From assembly GCA_036172245.1 (NCBI GenBank), contig JAYWIR010000004.1:992001-1056000 (forward strand): a DNA stretch of 64,000 nt, read 5' to 3'. The notes below the pieces were generated by a model. The model had not been told where the DNA came from, made no database searches, and saw only the letters and a list, made by a program, of their open reading frames with translations. The position numbers were made by a program, and so were the translations under genes. Below are positions 38,913 to 51,110 of this stretch, piece after piece (position 1 is the stretch's first letter; the number at the start of each line of letters is the position of its first letter). Origin of the DNA: Raillietiella orientalis. Its lineage: Eukaryota.

Positions 38913-39070
38913 GCCGCGAGCTTCCTCAGAAAGCAAGCCACTCCGGGGACGGGAAAACGCGGGAGTGTCCAGGCCCGCGCGGTGTGAGAAGGCCTGGAGC
39001 ACGTGGGACACCTCCGGGAGTGGCGTTCCCCGAGATGGGGAGAGGTGGGAAATAGGAAAACCCTCCTGGA
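38913..39070 (+). repeat. 158-bp diverged direct repeat of 38433-38590
   Basis: gccgcgag...ccactccggggacgggaaaacgcgggagtgtccaggccc...ccctcctgga is present twice, offset by 480 bp, about 90% identical. Confidence 0.95.
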
Positions 39071-41349
39071 CCTCTTCAGTGAGCTTTCTCGGTGACCCTG
39101 CAAAGCGGAAGGCGAAGCGAATGAATGGCTTATCGTCCCTTCGTGCCACTGATCGAGTTCCTCGCGGGTGGCAGTTGGCAAGGGTGTGGATCATCGTTTC
39201 GCGATGGTCTTTCAGTACAGGTTTCTCACATCAGAATCTTTCACGCAGTTCCTCCAGGAGGAAGCATCCCAGATGCGCCTTTTGGAAGCTACAGGCCGAT
39301 TTATTGGGCTTTCGAGTCCTTCCAGAGTCCATTGCGTAGCCAGAGATGCCACGTCGCCGGAGGGACTCACAGTTTCCTGGACCGGCCTCGACGACACACC
39401 CTGTGGGCGCAGGAGTCGTCGCTCATGGATACGTCCTCGCGAAAGATGTAGGCACCGAGAACGCAGACATGCGAATGACCTGCTGACTTTTTCCGTCAAT
39501 CGAGTGGGTCCTGGTCCAGAGCATGCTGGTATCTCCGTGCATCGCCCGGTGTGAAAACGGAAGAGGGCGGACAAAGTTGAGAAAACCGATGGTCCGCCTG
39601 GAAACGAGGGTCTCGGAATTTTGCGCTTCTGGACTTTCAGACAACGGTTCGAGACCGATAGATGGAGCAGACAGTCCTCCCCTCAAAGTTCGCTCACTCA
39701 AAAGTTTGCTCCTCCTGTGCTCACTGCCTCAGGGATCTGCTGGATTCCCCATGGTCAGGATCTTCGCGTACAGACTGCGATGTTCTCTCATCCTGGAGAA
39801 GTGACGGTATCCATTGAGAGGGCATCCATTTTTTCATTGATGCTGCGACTTTCAAACCTCTCCCGACGACGAACCTCGGAGCCATAGTGCGTGATCAGGA
39901 TGCCTCACCGCTTCTTTTGGAATTTCCCTTCTCCCTCCTCCTCATTTTTCCTCTTCCGTCCCTTTCCTTCTTTCTCCGCACGCGGTTACTCCGTGTATCA
40001 TCCAGGTCTGATGGGCCTGCGCTTCTGAGGAAGCAAGAAACTGAAACCTCGTGAGCGTTGCCGCGGGCTCCCCACAGCCTCCGCGAATTTCCGAAGCAGA
40101 GGAGGAAAATCCGCCCGGAAGCATTTCTTCCTTTTTGTTAGATTCAGAGAGCGAGGTCCATCGTGAGGACTTGCAGCCCTCGCATTGTCTTTGGTGGCCA
40201 TTAGGCGCCTTTCAAGCCTATGACCCCACCAGGTCAATGGTCGCAGCCACAGTTTGCATCCGCGGTGCGTGAGAACGCGACTCCCCGGCTGGCGCAAGAG
40301 GATCCTGGATACACGAGCGTGAGGAGAGACGCCCCATCCGCTCTGCAACCGAAAGGGTCGCCCACCCGAGCAGCGTCTTCGAGAGCAAACCCTTCCTGAG
40401 CCTGAGACGGAAGCCCTTCCTTCCTTCCTGTCCACGCGTGGCAGACGTGACCGATGCCCAGGGTTTCCTGCGGTGCACAAGGTGACGCGACCGTTCTTTT
40501 GGACCGACGTCGTTTCCCAAGGGGGTAGACTGTGCTGCGCCGGAGGCTGATACAAATGAGAAAAGCGATCCGTCACCCACTGCCATCTTCATGACTTCCG
40601 GTCAGCGTACGTCGAGTTCAACGTCCACCAGCGCTGATGCTAAAGGCAGCTTCCCTTGAGACCATTGGTGGCCGCTGACGTCCACATGAATCAACCGCCT
40701 GATGACTTTGCACTTTCAAACGATCAATCACGGGTCAGCCGCTCCTTTGGCGCACGTACAGACCACTTGGATGGTGATCTCCCGTGGTCGCGATGACCAC
40801 GGACTCGCGCCTCGCAGATGGTCAGCGTTCCACTGGATATGCTTCTGAGCTGTCTTCAGTTAACATGTGAACACGTAACTAGCCCGAAGAGTACCACGAA
40901 CTCTTTCCTGGAGCACACTCCAATGCAAACATCACCACCTCTTCCACACTTCTCATCCTCCTCCTCCTCTCCCTCCTCCCTGCCACCTTCCCTCTTCTCT
41001 CCCCTCTTTTTCGTCTTCATCTTCTAGTGAACTCATGTCGCGCGGCGAAGTCTCCCTCCGGGTTCAGAAGGGCGTTTTCATCAGCACCGTCGTTTAGGGG
41101 ACTCATGGATCTAAGGACGGTGTCTGAATAACGTGGTCGAGAGGGACCTTCCCCGGGGACTCGCGCACTCAGCGCGTCGCATGTCTAAAGCTCAAACCCA
41201 GAAGATCTGAGATGTTCTATCTTGCCTCGGCCCTGTCCAGTCCAGAGCAGGGAGGGTGTGCAGCTACTCGCTCCACCTGCAGGGGTTACCTTTCCCACCT
41301 CCTTCTGTAGCTCCCTATCGGCTCCTGGAAGTCCTGTTTCGTGAGCACA

Positions 41350-44300
41350 CTGCTCGGGGAGAAGGCAGTGCTCTTGCACGCTATCCCACGAGCTCCCTGA
41401 GCCGCCGTCTCGGACGACTCTCGCTGCTCCCCGCCGCCCTTTCGCAGCGCCGACTCGTCGCAACCGTGCTGCTGAGACACGCGACGGGCTGGTGCTCCCT
41501 CGCAGGTCGCTCTCACCACGGGGATGCGTCTCGTCTCACCTACTGTCCCGAAGACTGCGAACGCCTCTCCAAGACCCAACCAGGTGCAGGCTGCCTGCAC
41601 CTCGCTCTGGGATCCGCAACCGACTCTCAGCAGACGGTGCAGCATCCCGAAACGCTGTGGGAGCCTCGTCGGGGATATCCAGGAGGGTTTTCCTGCTTCC
41701 TACCCCTCCCCATCTCGGGGAACGCCACTCCCGGAGGTGTCTCACGTGCTCCGGGCCTTCTCGCACCGCGCGGGCCTGGACACTCCCGCGTTTTCCCGTC
41801 CCCGGAGTGGCTTGCCCTCTGAGGAGGCTCGCGGCGGGGGGGGAGGGGGCAGGAAGGGGGCACATTTCTTCCGATTGCGCCCCGTCTCGGGCCCTGAGGA
41901 ACGCGCCGCGGCGATGCGCACTCTCGAAGTGGACGCGTCGGCGAGCGACCTCGAAGGCAACGCGGGGGCGTTCCCTCGGCTGCTCCCGTTCTTCGCACGT
42001 GCGAAGGCACGCCTGACCCGGGCCTCCGCCGCCCCTGTGGATTCGCGTGGGAAGGCGTCCTTCCCTGCCTGTAGGCAAGCTTTGGTAATCCGGCAACCTC
42101 CTTCCTCCGGAGCTGCGAGCGCCTGCAAGCCGATGACCTTCCTCCGACCTCCTGCGTCCAAGCGGAGACCACCTCGCGTCGGGCCGACCTATCGGCTGAG
42201 GATGCGCCCCCCCGGAAACAGAAGAGCCTGGGAGCCGTACCTGCAACAGGGAGCAGGCAGAACATCAAATTTTTAAAAGTAGAGGACGATAGGATTGGAG
42301 TCCCTTTGGGAAGAAAGCCGTCACTGCAAGAAAAGGATGAAAGAATAGTACCTGGCTCATTTTCCTCTCACGTCCCTTTCGAACCCTGTCAAATCCTAGG
42401 AGAGGTGCCTGCCGGCGCATCGAAAATCGAACGATTGCCGGGAGGGAGGGAAACTAGGCAAGGAAACCGTGGTGGACCATCCGCAGAGCAGGAGCGAGAG
42501 GAATGCCGGTGCTGCTTCACCCGCATTCGAAAAAGTTGGGGAGGAGACGACCAATAGACGGACGACTTCCTCTAGATGAGCACGTCAAAAGGATTTTTTC
42601 ACTGTCCCGAGGGCGAGACGGGACTTCCTGGAAGTCGCCATCGAACCGAAGAGCACATTCTCTGCAAACTCTGTGGGCCTCACATGCTAGAGAGCGGAAG
42701 ACCACGCGGGAAAGTGCGCGCGGCCCCCACAGGCGCCGAACTCTGCTCTCTCGACAACCCCGAAGAGAGGCTCAAGGGAACACGCGGAGGAACCTGGAAG
42801 TTTCCTTCCAGAGCTGGTAGATATCCTGATGTGCTTCAGAGCATGAGGATTCCACCCCTTCACCCCGGGAAGCGATTCGATGGCGCGGAATTCTGGGAAG
42901 AGGAGGAGGAGAAGCGGAACGGAGGAGAGGCAAGGGACGGAAAAGAAGGATGCTGCGGAAAGTGGTCCCAAGGAGACGGATTTGAGTAACTCGGGTGGGT
43001 CAACCCGGAAGGCTGCAAGAAAGAGCGTTGCAGAGCCGGAAGCAGGCTCTTCCTTCATTCTCCTGTCTCGGAGGCCCGAGATCGAGTCGCCGCTTTCCTC
43101 CCAAGTCCAGTTTCCCGTTCACCTTAATCCGGCTTCACCTTCTGCATCTTAAGAGGGAGCTGGTAGAGCCTCCGGGTTCCATCCGGTAATTCTTCCAGCT
43201 CTCGTCCCCCGTGAGGAAGGACAGGGTCCTTCCCACTGACTCTCGCCGTACTGGTGCCTCCAGATCTCCCTCCATCCCTGGCCTCTGCATCTGGTGGAAC
43301 CTAGGGAACCTTCGAAGGGAAGCTTCCGGGTGGCGCGCCATGCCAAAGGAGATGCCCTGCCTTTGACCTCTCCCACCTGACCCCACTTTTCGCCTTCTCA
43401 TTTGCTTTCCCTAAAAAAAGCCCTCGCCTGGCCTCCTCACGACTAACTCTACCATACAACTGTCTCCGTCGAGGCCCCAACTCTCGACAGCCCCTGCAGA
43501 AGATCATCAGCAACCCGCGGAAGTTTCTGTGGCTTCCTTCACCCTTCTTGCCCCCGTTCTGTCCTCCCTGAAGAACATTAGGAACAGCAACGAGCGGGCA
43601 TCGTGGGAAGTGTCCTGCCTCATCCGAGGCAGGAGAAAACCAGTAAAGGCGTGGACAACTCGGGAGCTAGCGGACGCTGCCACCCCGAGAGTCCCAGCTC
43701 AAGGAATTGCGCGCTGGGGAGAGCTGCTCGCAATACCTCCGGAGGAGGTGAAGTGGTCCCCAGAGTGTTGGGATAGCGGCACCCTTCCGTTGAAGTGGCA
43801 GGAGACGGCGTTGCTCTTTCTGCATTAGGGACTGTTAAGCAGAGCATGCCTCTCTCACTGGACACTGGGGAATGTGGATGCCCGCTGTGTCGAGTGCGGT
43901 GAAAGGGAAACCTTCCCGCATCTTACATTCGAGTGTGTTGCCCTGGTTGGACTTTGGAGTCGACTTTCCCCAATCCTCTATCTTCCAGTAGGCGACCCTA
44001 AGGTCATTTACAGACGCCTCTTTCTGTGTGGCGGCCTATGCCCTGCTTCGTCTCTAGCAGTCCTCTGCTGCGTGCGCGGCATCGTGCAAAAATGGAACGC
44101 TGGAAGAAGAGGCCAAAGATGCAGGGACGCCATCCACTGGACGACGATCTCTTTGGAGACGGCGACAAGGTAGCGTCTACCACCCAGCATCAAAGCAGAA
44201 CTTGTCAGCATCCTGGATAGGATGCAGAGGACCGATCCAGGCGTCCAGTGATCCCCTCCCTACCCTCCACTCCCCCATATAACTATTTTCCTCCCGTTAT

Positions 44301-44505
44301 TTCTCTTTTTGTTTCTTTTTGTTTCAGTTTCCCCCTCCCCTGCGCCTAGGGAGAAGACCTCTCCGGTCTCAGCACCGGCTCACGACAAGTCCGCCAGCGT
44401 GGGAGAACCAAGTGTCCTTCCACGAAAAACAATATTGATAGACTTTATTATCTAATTTTGTAAAAAATTAGAATAAGAAATGCCCCGGCATATCCGGGTG
44501 ATAAA
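41350..44505 (+). mobile_element. Composite L1/Tx1-like LINE remnant ending in zf-RVT and a structured 3' UTR
   Basis: PLKWQETALLFLH*...DARCVECGERETFPHLTFECVALVGLW...VLCCVRGIV...DAIHW...ELVSILDRMQRT* (about 43790-44251). ORF1-like CKLCGPH upstream (ORF 42576-42989). The 3' UTR matches 30171-30384. Confidence 0.8.
41383..42194 (-). repeat. Right arm of an 812-bp near-perfect inverted repeat
   Basis: Reverse complement of 38074-38885. Confidence 0.97.
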
Positions 44506-45226
44506 CGACTACCCCACTGCTGGATCTACCTCCTCCTTCCCGCCAGAGTCGACCTCTTCAGCCCGATCCCGAAAGGAAGATCTCCCCTCCTTCTCTCTAG
44601 GCACAGCGCCGACGGCGTTACTCCTGCTTCCCGAAAGACACTCCCACTTCCTCCTCTGAGTTGCCGAGGTCCTTCCATCCTCAAGAACTTTTGTGCTTAA
44701 CTACTGGCCTCGCGCCAGAGGGATTCGACCTGTCTCCCTGGGGGCTTCACCAGAGCTAACCAGGTTCGGAGTTTCTCCGCGCGGGTCCACGGGAGGAAGA
44801 CGAGAGAGAAGGAAGAAAAAATGAGAGCAGTTCTTCAGGTCGACCGTTGAGTGACCTGGGATACGGCAGGTTCCCTGCTCCCCTCCTCTGGCGGACGATC
44901 CCGCAGGGCGGAGTTGGCGCGCCTCTTTTGGGTAGAAGCAGCAGCGTCCTCGACCTGGAGGTCAAACCCCGAAGCGACGAAATGAGCGACGAGAGTCGAT
45001 GACACAGCGCGGGTTTATTTCCGTCCAGGAATCCCTCCTCATCAAGAAGGACGGGAGGGAGGGTGGACTGGAGGATCGGAGACGGAAAGGATAGAAGGCG
45101 ATGACCAGCGGGAGGCGTTCCTCCTTCCTTTCCGGCGCCGCCAGCTCCCTGCGAGAGAGGAAAAAAGGAAAGGAAAAAGGTGGGAGGCGCCGCCCTGATC
45201 TTCCGCAGTCCTCTGTCATGAAGTTG

Positions 45227-45646
45227 TCAGAGACCGCGAGCCGGCCTCCCCGTGCAGACCGTCTGGGAGTAGGAGGGGGAACGATTGTTGGGCTGGGGCA
45301 GCGGGGGCGCCAGAAGCAGCCGGAGTCGGAGTCCGAAGAAGTTCCTCATGGCGTGCCGGTAGTCTCGCAGGTGGTAAGCGTACAGGAAAGGGTTGAGGGA
45401 GCTATTGGCATGGGACAGCACAATCGCCGACTTGACCACCACCGGCGGCACGCTGCAGTAAGGGCTGAAGGCTTCGATCGCGTTGATAGTGTGCAGCGGC
45501 ATCCAGCAGAACATGAAGAAGGACACGATGAGCGCCAGCTTCTTGGCCACCCGGAACCGGTTCCGGATCACTCTCTTGACCTCGGCCGCCTTGCGCTGCG
45601 GGAACGCGCGAGAGGCCAGCTCGACGGAGATGGTCCGGTTACGCAC
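45227..45646 (-). CDS. AdoR: Adenosine receptor-like class A GPCR, terminal coding exon (ICL3-TM6-TM7-C tail)
   Basis: Acceptor gctgccttgcAG, then 420 nt in phase 0: VRNRTISVELASRAFPQRKAAEVKRVIRNRFRVAKKLALIVSFFMFCWMPLHTINAIEAFSPYCSVPPVVVKSAIVLSHANSSLNPFLYAYHLRDYRHAMRNF...GL*. Contains CWxP, PLHxxN, LSHANS and NPxxYAY motifs and splices in frame to the 55017-55207 exon. Confidence 0.92.
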   Translation of the reverse strand: MRNRTISVELASRAFPQRKAAEVKRVIRNRFRVAKKLALIVSFFMFCWMPLHTINAIEAFSPYCSVPPVVVKSAIVLSHANSSLNPFLYAYHLRDYRHAMRNFFGLRLRLLLAPPLPQPNNRSPSYSQTVCTGRPARGL

Positions 45647-46899
45647 CTGCAAGGCAGCAGAGACAGGAACGTGAGAGGGACTTCCCCACAGGAGGGGATA
45701 ACACCCATGTCCGGCTTCCAGGGCCCTTGTGTGCGCGCGTGCTCTTGTGCGGCGCGGGGGACGCGTAGTGTGCTTATCCTTCCCCCCAGGGCACACGGGA
45801 GCCCTCCGGAAAAGCGCGCAGTGCCCTAGAGACCGCGCTACGCGGGATGTGCGGGAGGGCACCTCGAGGTCGCGACGTCGCTGACCCTCTCATCACTTTC
45901 GCCTGTCATCCTTAGAGCAATAACACCCTGGAGGATCCCGAGCGGGAAGGTCGCGAGGAAGTCTCCAAGTTCCCTTTCACACGGGAAGATCCTGGGTTCG
46001 CCCGGAGAGCGCGTCCAGGACCTGCATTGAGGACTTCGCCGAGGATCTCACAGATCACGGCTCGAAAGACTGACTGAGGTTTCGGTCCAGCCCTTTTGTC
46101 TTGGACAGAGGGTCCCCGAAGCGACTGGAAGCTGGGTCAGGAAGGCGAGTGCAATAACATAATCACGGAGGTAGTCTTCCCAGTCTTTCTTCTTCTTTGC
46201 TTATGTCCTAATGACATTGTTGCTCTTCTAGTGAGTGGCCCATTCAGTTGCTGCACCAGCCATCTTCCTCAAGGACGTATTCCTGCATCCGGTCGTCCAG
46301 CCGCCGACGCAGTCGATTCCTCGCCCCCTGGAGTCCCCCCTCGTTCTTCTTTGGCAGGATCATCGCTCTCTTCCCGCCTTCGCCCTCATGGTCCCAGTGC
46401 AGCAGCTCGGTGCAGTTCATTCCCTTCCGGGATGCCGGCTGTCTTCGACGCACCCGCCTCTCTCCCTCTCCTTTCTTCCTCTTGTGATCCGCCGCCGCCT
46501 TATGCCTCCCTTCTTTCCAAACAGGCAGAGATCTCTAGGAGTCCACTCTCTCCCTGTCCATCTCGCGAAGGAAAGACTGGAAGTGCTCTTTTGTGTTCAA
46601 TCTCTCCCCTCCCTCCTACGGTCCGTGTTCGGGCGGCGTGGAGGAGCTCATTCGAGGCCTACCACTGGACCGCGGAGACTGCTAGATAGACCTTCCCGTG
46701 CCGTTGTCTCACGAACGCGTCATGGAGTTTTCCCTAAGGGCTCCGCCCGCTCCCTCGTAACTTCCGGCTTTTTTGAATGCCTCCTCCATCCTGCAGACTT
46801 TCGTAGCCGCCGCCGCACCAAGAGACCTCTCGTTCCTCCCTCCCTTCTCTCTCCTCGACCAGGAGGTGGTGTCGCCCGACGGAGTTCCCAAGTCAGCTC

Positions 46900-48130
46900 T
46901 CAGTTCTCTTAGAGGGAGGCAGGATGACCCTCTCCCTAGGTGCTAAAGTTCACCGTGAGAACCTGCCGCGCTGCTCCGAGAGGGCGGGGTACGGGAGGAT
47001 ATCTGATCATTTGAGTTGTGGATTGATGCGAGCGAATGACAGTTCGTCGTCCCCGGTTCCGTAGTAACGGATCCAGAGCTTGGATTTCGTCCTGCCGCCT
47101 TCCTTCGCCCTCGACAACATCGATCCCTCTCCAAATGCATTGGAAGAGATCGAGCAGAAATTCTCATTCGGTTACTCATCGCGGTTCTCCTTTGCAAAGC
47201 AGGAGCCCCGGCGTCTTGTGGGTCCCATCGGTGTAGCAGGTAGACCTCCACGTACCAACGAAGAGGAGGAAGAACCTTTCTCCTTCTTTCTGGAAATCGT
47301 AGGAGCGGTACCGCACGGAGGTCGTCCCCATTCCATCTCTGCCTCTTCTTTTCTCTGGAGAGTCCTTGCGCAAGCGCAGAGGAAGTTTTCTTGAGCCATC
47401 TCGTCTCGAGATTATCTCCATTCTCCATCTGCTCCTTCGCAGCTTTCCATACCCAGCGAGTTTGCCGAAGGAGCCCCGGATGCCGTTCCGGGGTCGCCGG
47501 TCTCGCGCCTGTAGTCAAACGACTGTGCTCTGCGAGAGGAGCGCCGCTGCCTCCAGGGGAACGGGGGAGATATGGAGATTTTGGAGCCACTTCCGCATCC
47601 ACAGCGCTCAGGGGATGCTCTACCGATTCTATCGAGACGGCAGGAAGGTCAAGGTCAGCGTCTACTTGTCTCTCTTCTTTCCGTAGAGCTTGCCGTCCGC
47701 CATCTCTCACGGCGGTCGCGCACCATCCATCCCCATTCCTGTCAAGTCCCGGAGTTCACCTTCCTCGCTACCACGGAGATCATCATCACCCAAGAAGGGG
47801 GGGAGAATGGGATGGAAGTATGCGACAAGTACGGAAAGCTTTAGGAGTTCTCTGGCCCGATTCCTCGAAGGAAGATGTGTGCGGCAGCGAATCCTCAGCA
47901 TTCCGGAGCAATGACCACTGGCTTCTCTTCTTGCCGCCTCTACGGTCCGCTGCAGAGGGCCTGCTTCTTCGGATCTGTGTCCACCTATCGTCCTGGCAGC
48001 GAGTGCCGAACCGTGGCTCCTCACTGTTCAGCCGCCTCAAGAGCATTCCTCCCAGAGCGAGTGCATCTTGCTTCTCCTGGATGCCAAGGCGTACTTACCT
48101 CTCTTCTTTGCAGTGAGGCGAGGCCTGCAA
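46900..48130 (+). mobile_element. LINE ORF1-like remnant in the AdoR intron
   Basis: FALDNIDPSP...EEEEPFSFF and GMEVCDKYGK...KMC; organisation shared with 39100-39830 and 52900-53480. Confidence 0.3.
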
Positions 48131-48690
48131 GGTGACCCGCAGGCCAGCAAAGCTTTTCACCTCCTCTCATGTGTTCTCAGCACCGCCCCGACGGTCAGCG
48201 AGTCCACCTCTCCCCAGCCGACAGAGGGCCTCCCGAGCTCAGCAGGCTGGCGAGCTTCGAAAACGGAAGACGAAATACTGCCGCAGTCAGGATTGGGGGA
48301 CGTCACCACAGCCGTTGAAGGATCGAACTTGTACGTGCGACAGTCCGATTCACAGGGAATTTGGAGGGAAGAAGGTCCAGCTCGTTAGATGCGAAGACTG
48401 GGTGCTTGGAAGCGGAATTTGCGGACCAATCACAAGACAAGCGCTACTTCGCTTCCAGGCATTCAGACGCCCTTGTGTTGCTCCCTAGGAGGAGCCTCCC
48501 CTGAGCTAAGTGGTGAATGGAACCACAATGTGTTCGACTGCAGACAGGAACAGAGAACCCTTCCGCGTGCGTGAAGGTCCCCAAGAAAAAAAAAACACAT
48601 GGCACACTGATTGCTTTCCGAGAAAGCAGCTTGAAGCGAGGGTGGAGGACAAATGCTCAAGACAATTCCTAAGATGAAATGGACGTTGGA

Positions 48691-51110
48691 TTACCCTACG
48701 AGCATGAGGGGAGGGAGCAAATGAGCGAGAGTGATGGCCTGGAGCACAGTTCGGGTCCTGCAGAGCATGCAAGCCCCGATCCGGATGCAGCTTCCGAGCA
48801 GCATCCTTCCGAAGGAAACGTTCCGTGCTGTTCGTGAATCCCCATGATATGTGCACTGCTTCCGGGCTCCCCTCAAAAAGAGTGCAGCTTTCCTTGATCC
48901 GAGCTCAGACGGTGAGGCTAGAAATGTCTCTACATCTCCCTGAACAGCCAACTTGAAAACCATGGAATTTTGGGAAAATCTTTCGTAGACATGAATCGCG
49001 ACGCCTGGAAGCGTGGTTTTTCTGGAGCAGACCGCTCCACGAAATCGCAAGCAGCCACCCATGGGGGCTGCAACACATTCTTCATTTATTTCATCGATGT
49101 TGCTTTGCCTTTTTTCCTTCTTGTACTGCGAGCGCAAAAGACCGTTTTCTCTTGCACCACTCGCCAAGAATTCGCAACAGAAAGCTCTGGTTTCCGAGAT
49201 CTGCGAATCAGGGAATCGGAAGCGTTTCCAGGAAAAGCCTACTTAGCCTTGAAGAATCAGTAAACGGATGGATTCGGGTGGCCGCCTGATGAACTCGTGA
49301 CTTCATGAGCTCTGAGGAGGACTCAAGCAGTAGAAGTAAGCAGACTTCAAGACTCTTGTACAGCTCCGAACTGTATGTGGAACTTGGATTCACGAGGGCA
49401 GTAAACGAACCCTCTGACTCCCGTGATTCAGATGCGACCATCTGCTCTGAAGCTGAGTGCTATTCAACACCGAACTTCCGCTCCTCAGGCTTCGCTGCTC
49501 TCTTTATCCACGAGCAAGGGATTCAATCTCCTTGAGAATGGAGCCACAAGCAAGCATTATTAACCAGCACTTCAGCTTGAATGAAAGTTTTTGGTAGAGA
49601 CAGAAGGAATGAGAACAAGATGCAAAAAGAAAAGCGCTTCCTGTTGTCTTGAAATCGAATTCCCTCTGCAGAAGTAGAAAGACTGGGTGATTTTCCAGAA
49701 CCCCTGCTTCTTTTGCTTCTCTCACAAAGCCTGGCGTTGAAAATGCGAGACTCCTGGGCCAAAGCCACCATCATCACTGTATAAATGTAGTGTGGGAACT
49801 CGAATCAACAGACCACTTCGAAGTACCTGAGCGCTGCTTTCCGCCGACGAAAGCAAAGCAGAAGGAAAAACGCAGCAAAGAAAAGAACCTAATCGGATCG
49901 ACAGGATTTCTCTCTTTCGAGGTTTCGATGTTGGCTTCTCATGCTGTCTCCCCCGAGATTTCCTAGAAAGTTTCGACTGCCTGAACTATCGGAGTTCCAA
50001 CACACAGCACTCTCGTGGCACATACTGAAAACACCGGCTTCGAGTCATCCGCACGTTCGTAATGAGAAACAACCTGCCCAGAGGATGACCTCACCAAGCT
50101 TTGAGTCGACGCGAGAGTGCTGTGTATTGGAACTGTGAGGTCCTCTGCTTGCATCGGAGTAATCTTCAGTTTTTTCAGGTTCTTGGACGTTTCCCGGGAT
50201 CAGTCAATAAGTGCTCGTATAAACTACGGCGCTCCTTCCTAGGCAAATGGGGAGCCAGTGCTCGATATTTGCCCACCACCCGTTGCCAAGGGTCTTGTTG
50301 GGGCTGTCCTTGAGTAAATACGGGGAAATCAGGACAGAAGACATCAGGAGGAATCACTAGTCTCTCTACCTGAAGTGCCAGTCCGGAGCTTCAAGTCGAC
50401 CACGGATCTTGGCTCGTTTGAGACCACCAGCTCCCGACGATTTTGGGCAACTCTCTTCATGCGCTTTGGAGTCAAGACGATTGCCAGGAAGGAAAAAAGG
50501 CAATGTCCATTTAAGTGCCATCAACAGAAGCGAAAACCAAGAGCGGAAAGAAGAGTGAATTAAAGTAGTTCGGGCAATTGAGGCAAGCACTGTTGATCCA
50601 ATGCCACCCGCTGACATATCTTCTCTCACTTTAGGCTTTGTGTTTCATGAGGGTATGAGCTGCCCTCTGATTATGTGGTGCAGGCTAATGATCTTGTAAG
50701 AGGAGGGGAAGCCTGCCAAGATACGGCAGGGAATGGCCCCTCCGCCTCATCTCTTGCTTGTGCTTCCATAAACAGCCATGGTATGCGACTTTGCACGAAT
50801 AAAAGGCGAAGCTCGCCCACATTCGCCTCCTCCCGGGCAGACGCGTGCAGCTGACCGACAGCACCGCGAAGGAGAGATTCCACCAGAGATATCTCCTTCT
50901 TCACTCAGAACCCTGATGTTTACCTCGACCCCAAATCCTTCAAATGCCCTTCCTCTCGAGCTCTCAAATAAACTCGCAGTCCTTTCTCTCCCCTCGTCAG
51001 GAACGAGCGTTTTCTGCTGGCGCAGGAGAACGGAAAGTCTTCAGCCTTCAGCATCTGTGCAGAATCCCTTCCGCGAACTTTCGGAATGGAACCCCAGTGT
51101 CTCATGGGCG
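48691..51110 (-). pseudogene. Degenerate NERD-like nuclease/SF1 helicase-like copy inside the AdoR intron
   Basis: TRGEKGLRVYL (ORF 50920-51105), GELRLLFVQSRIPWLFMEAQA (50671-50904, compare GEhDhhhh...GhhhhEVK), VILW (~50090), FLGNLGG (~49970-49950), LHLYSDD (~49790-49770), CLWL (49523-49777), VLQAITLA (48691-49167). Confidence 0.6.

Larger units (their letters stand above)
36370..40600 (-). mobile_element. Degenerate LINE ORF1-like region(s), rearranged
   Basis: GC-rich with Pro/Ser/Arg-rich frames, directly upstream of the APE remnant. DALSMDTVTSP (~39830-39795) resembles FALDNIDPSP (ORF 47080-47394) and PLNLGPSP (ORF 53036-53482). Confidence 0.35.

Noticed and set aside
38074..42194. Interpretation as a TIR DNA transposon
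   Set aside because: No TSD, no transposase motifs in the spacer, and similarity decays gradually past both arm ends.
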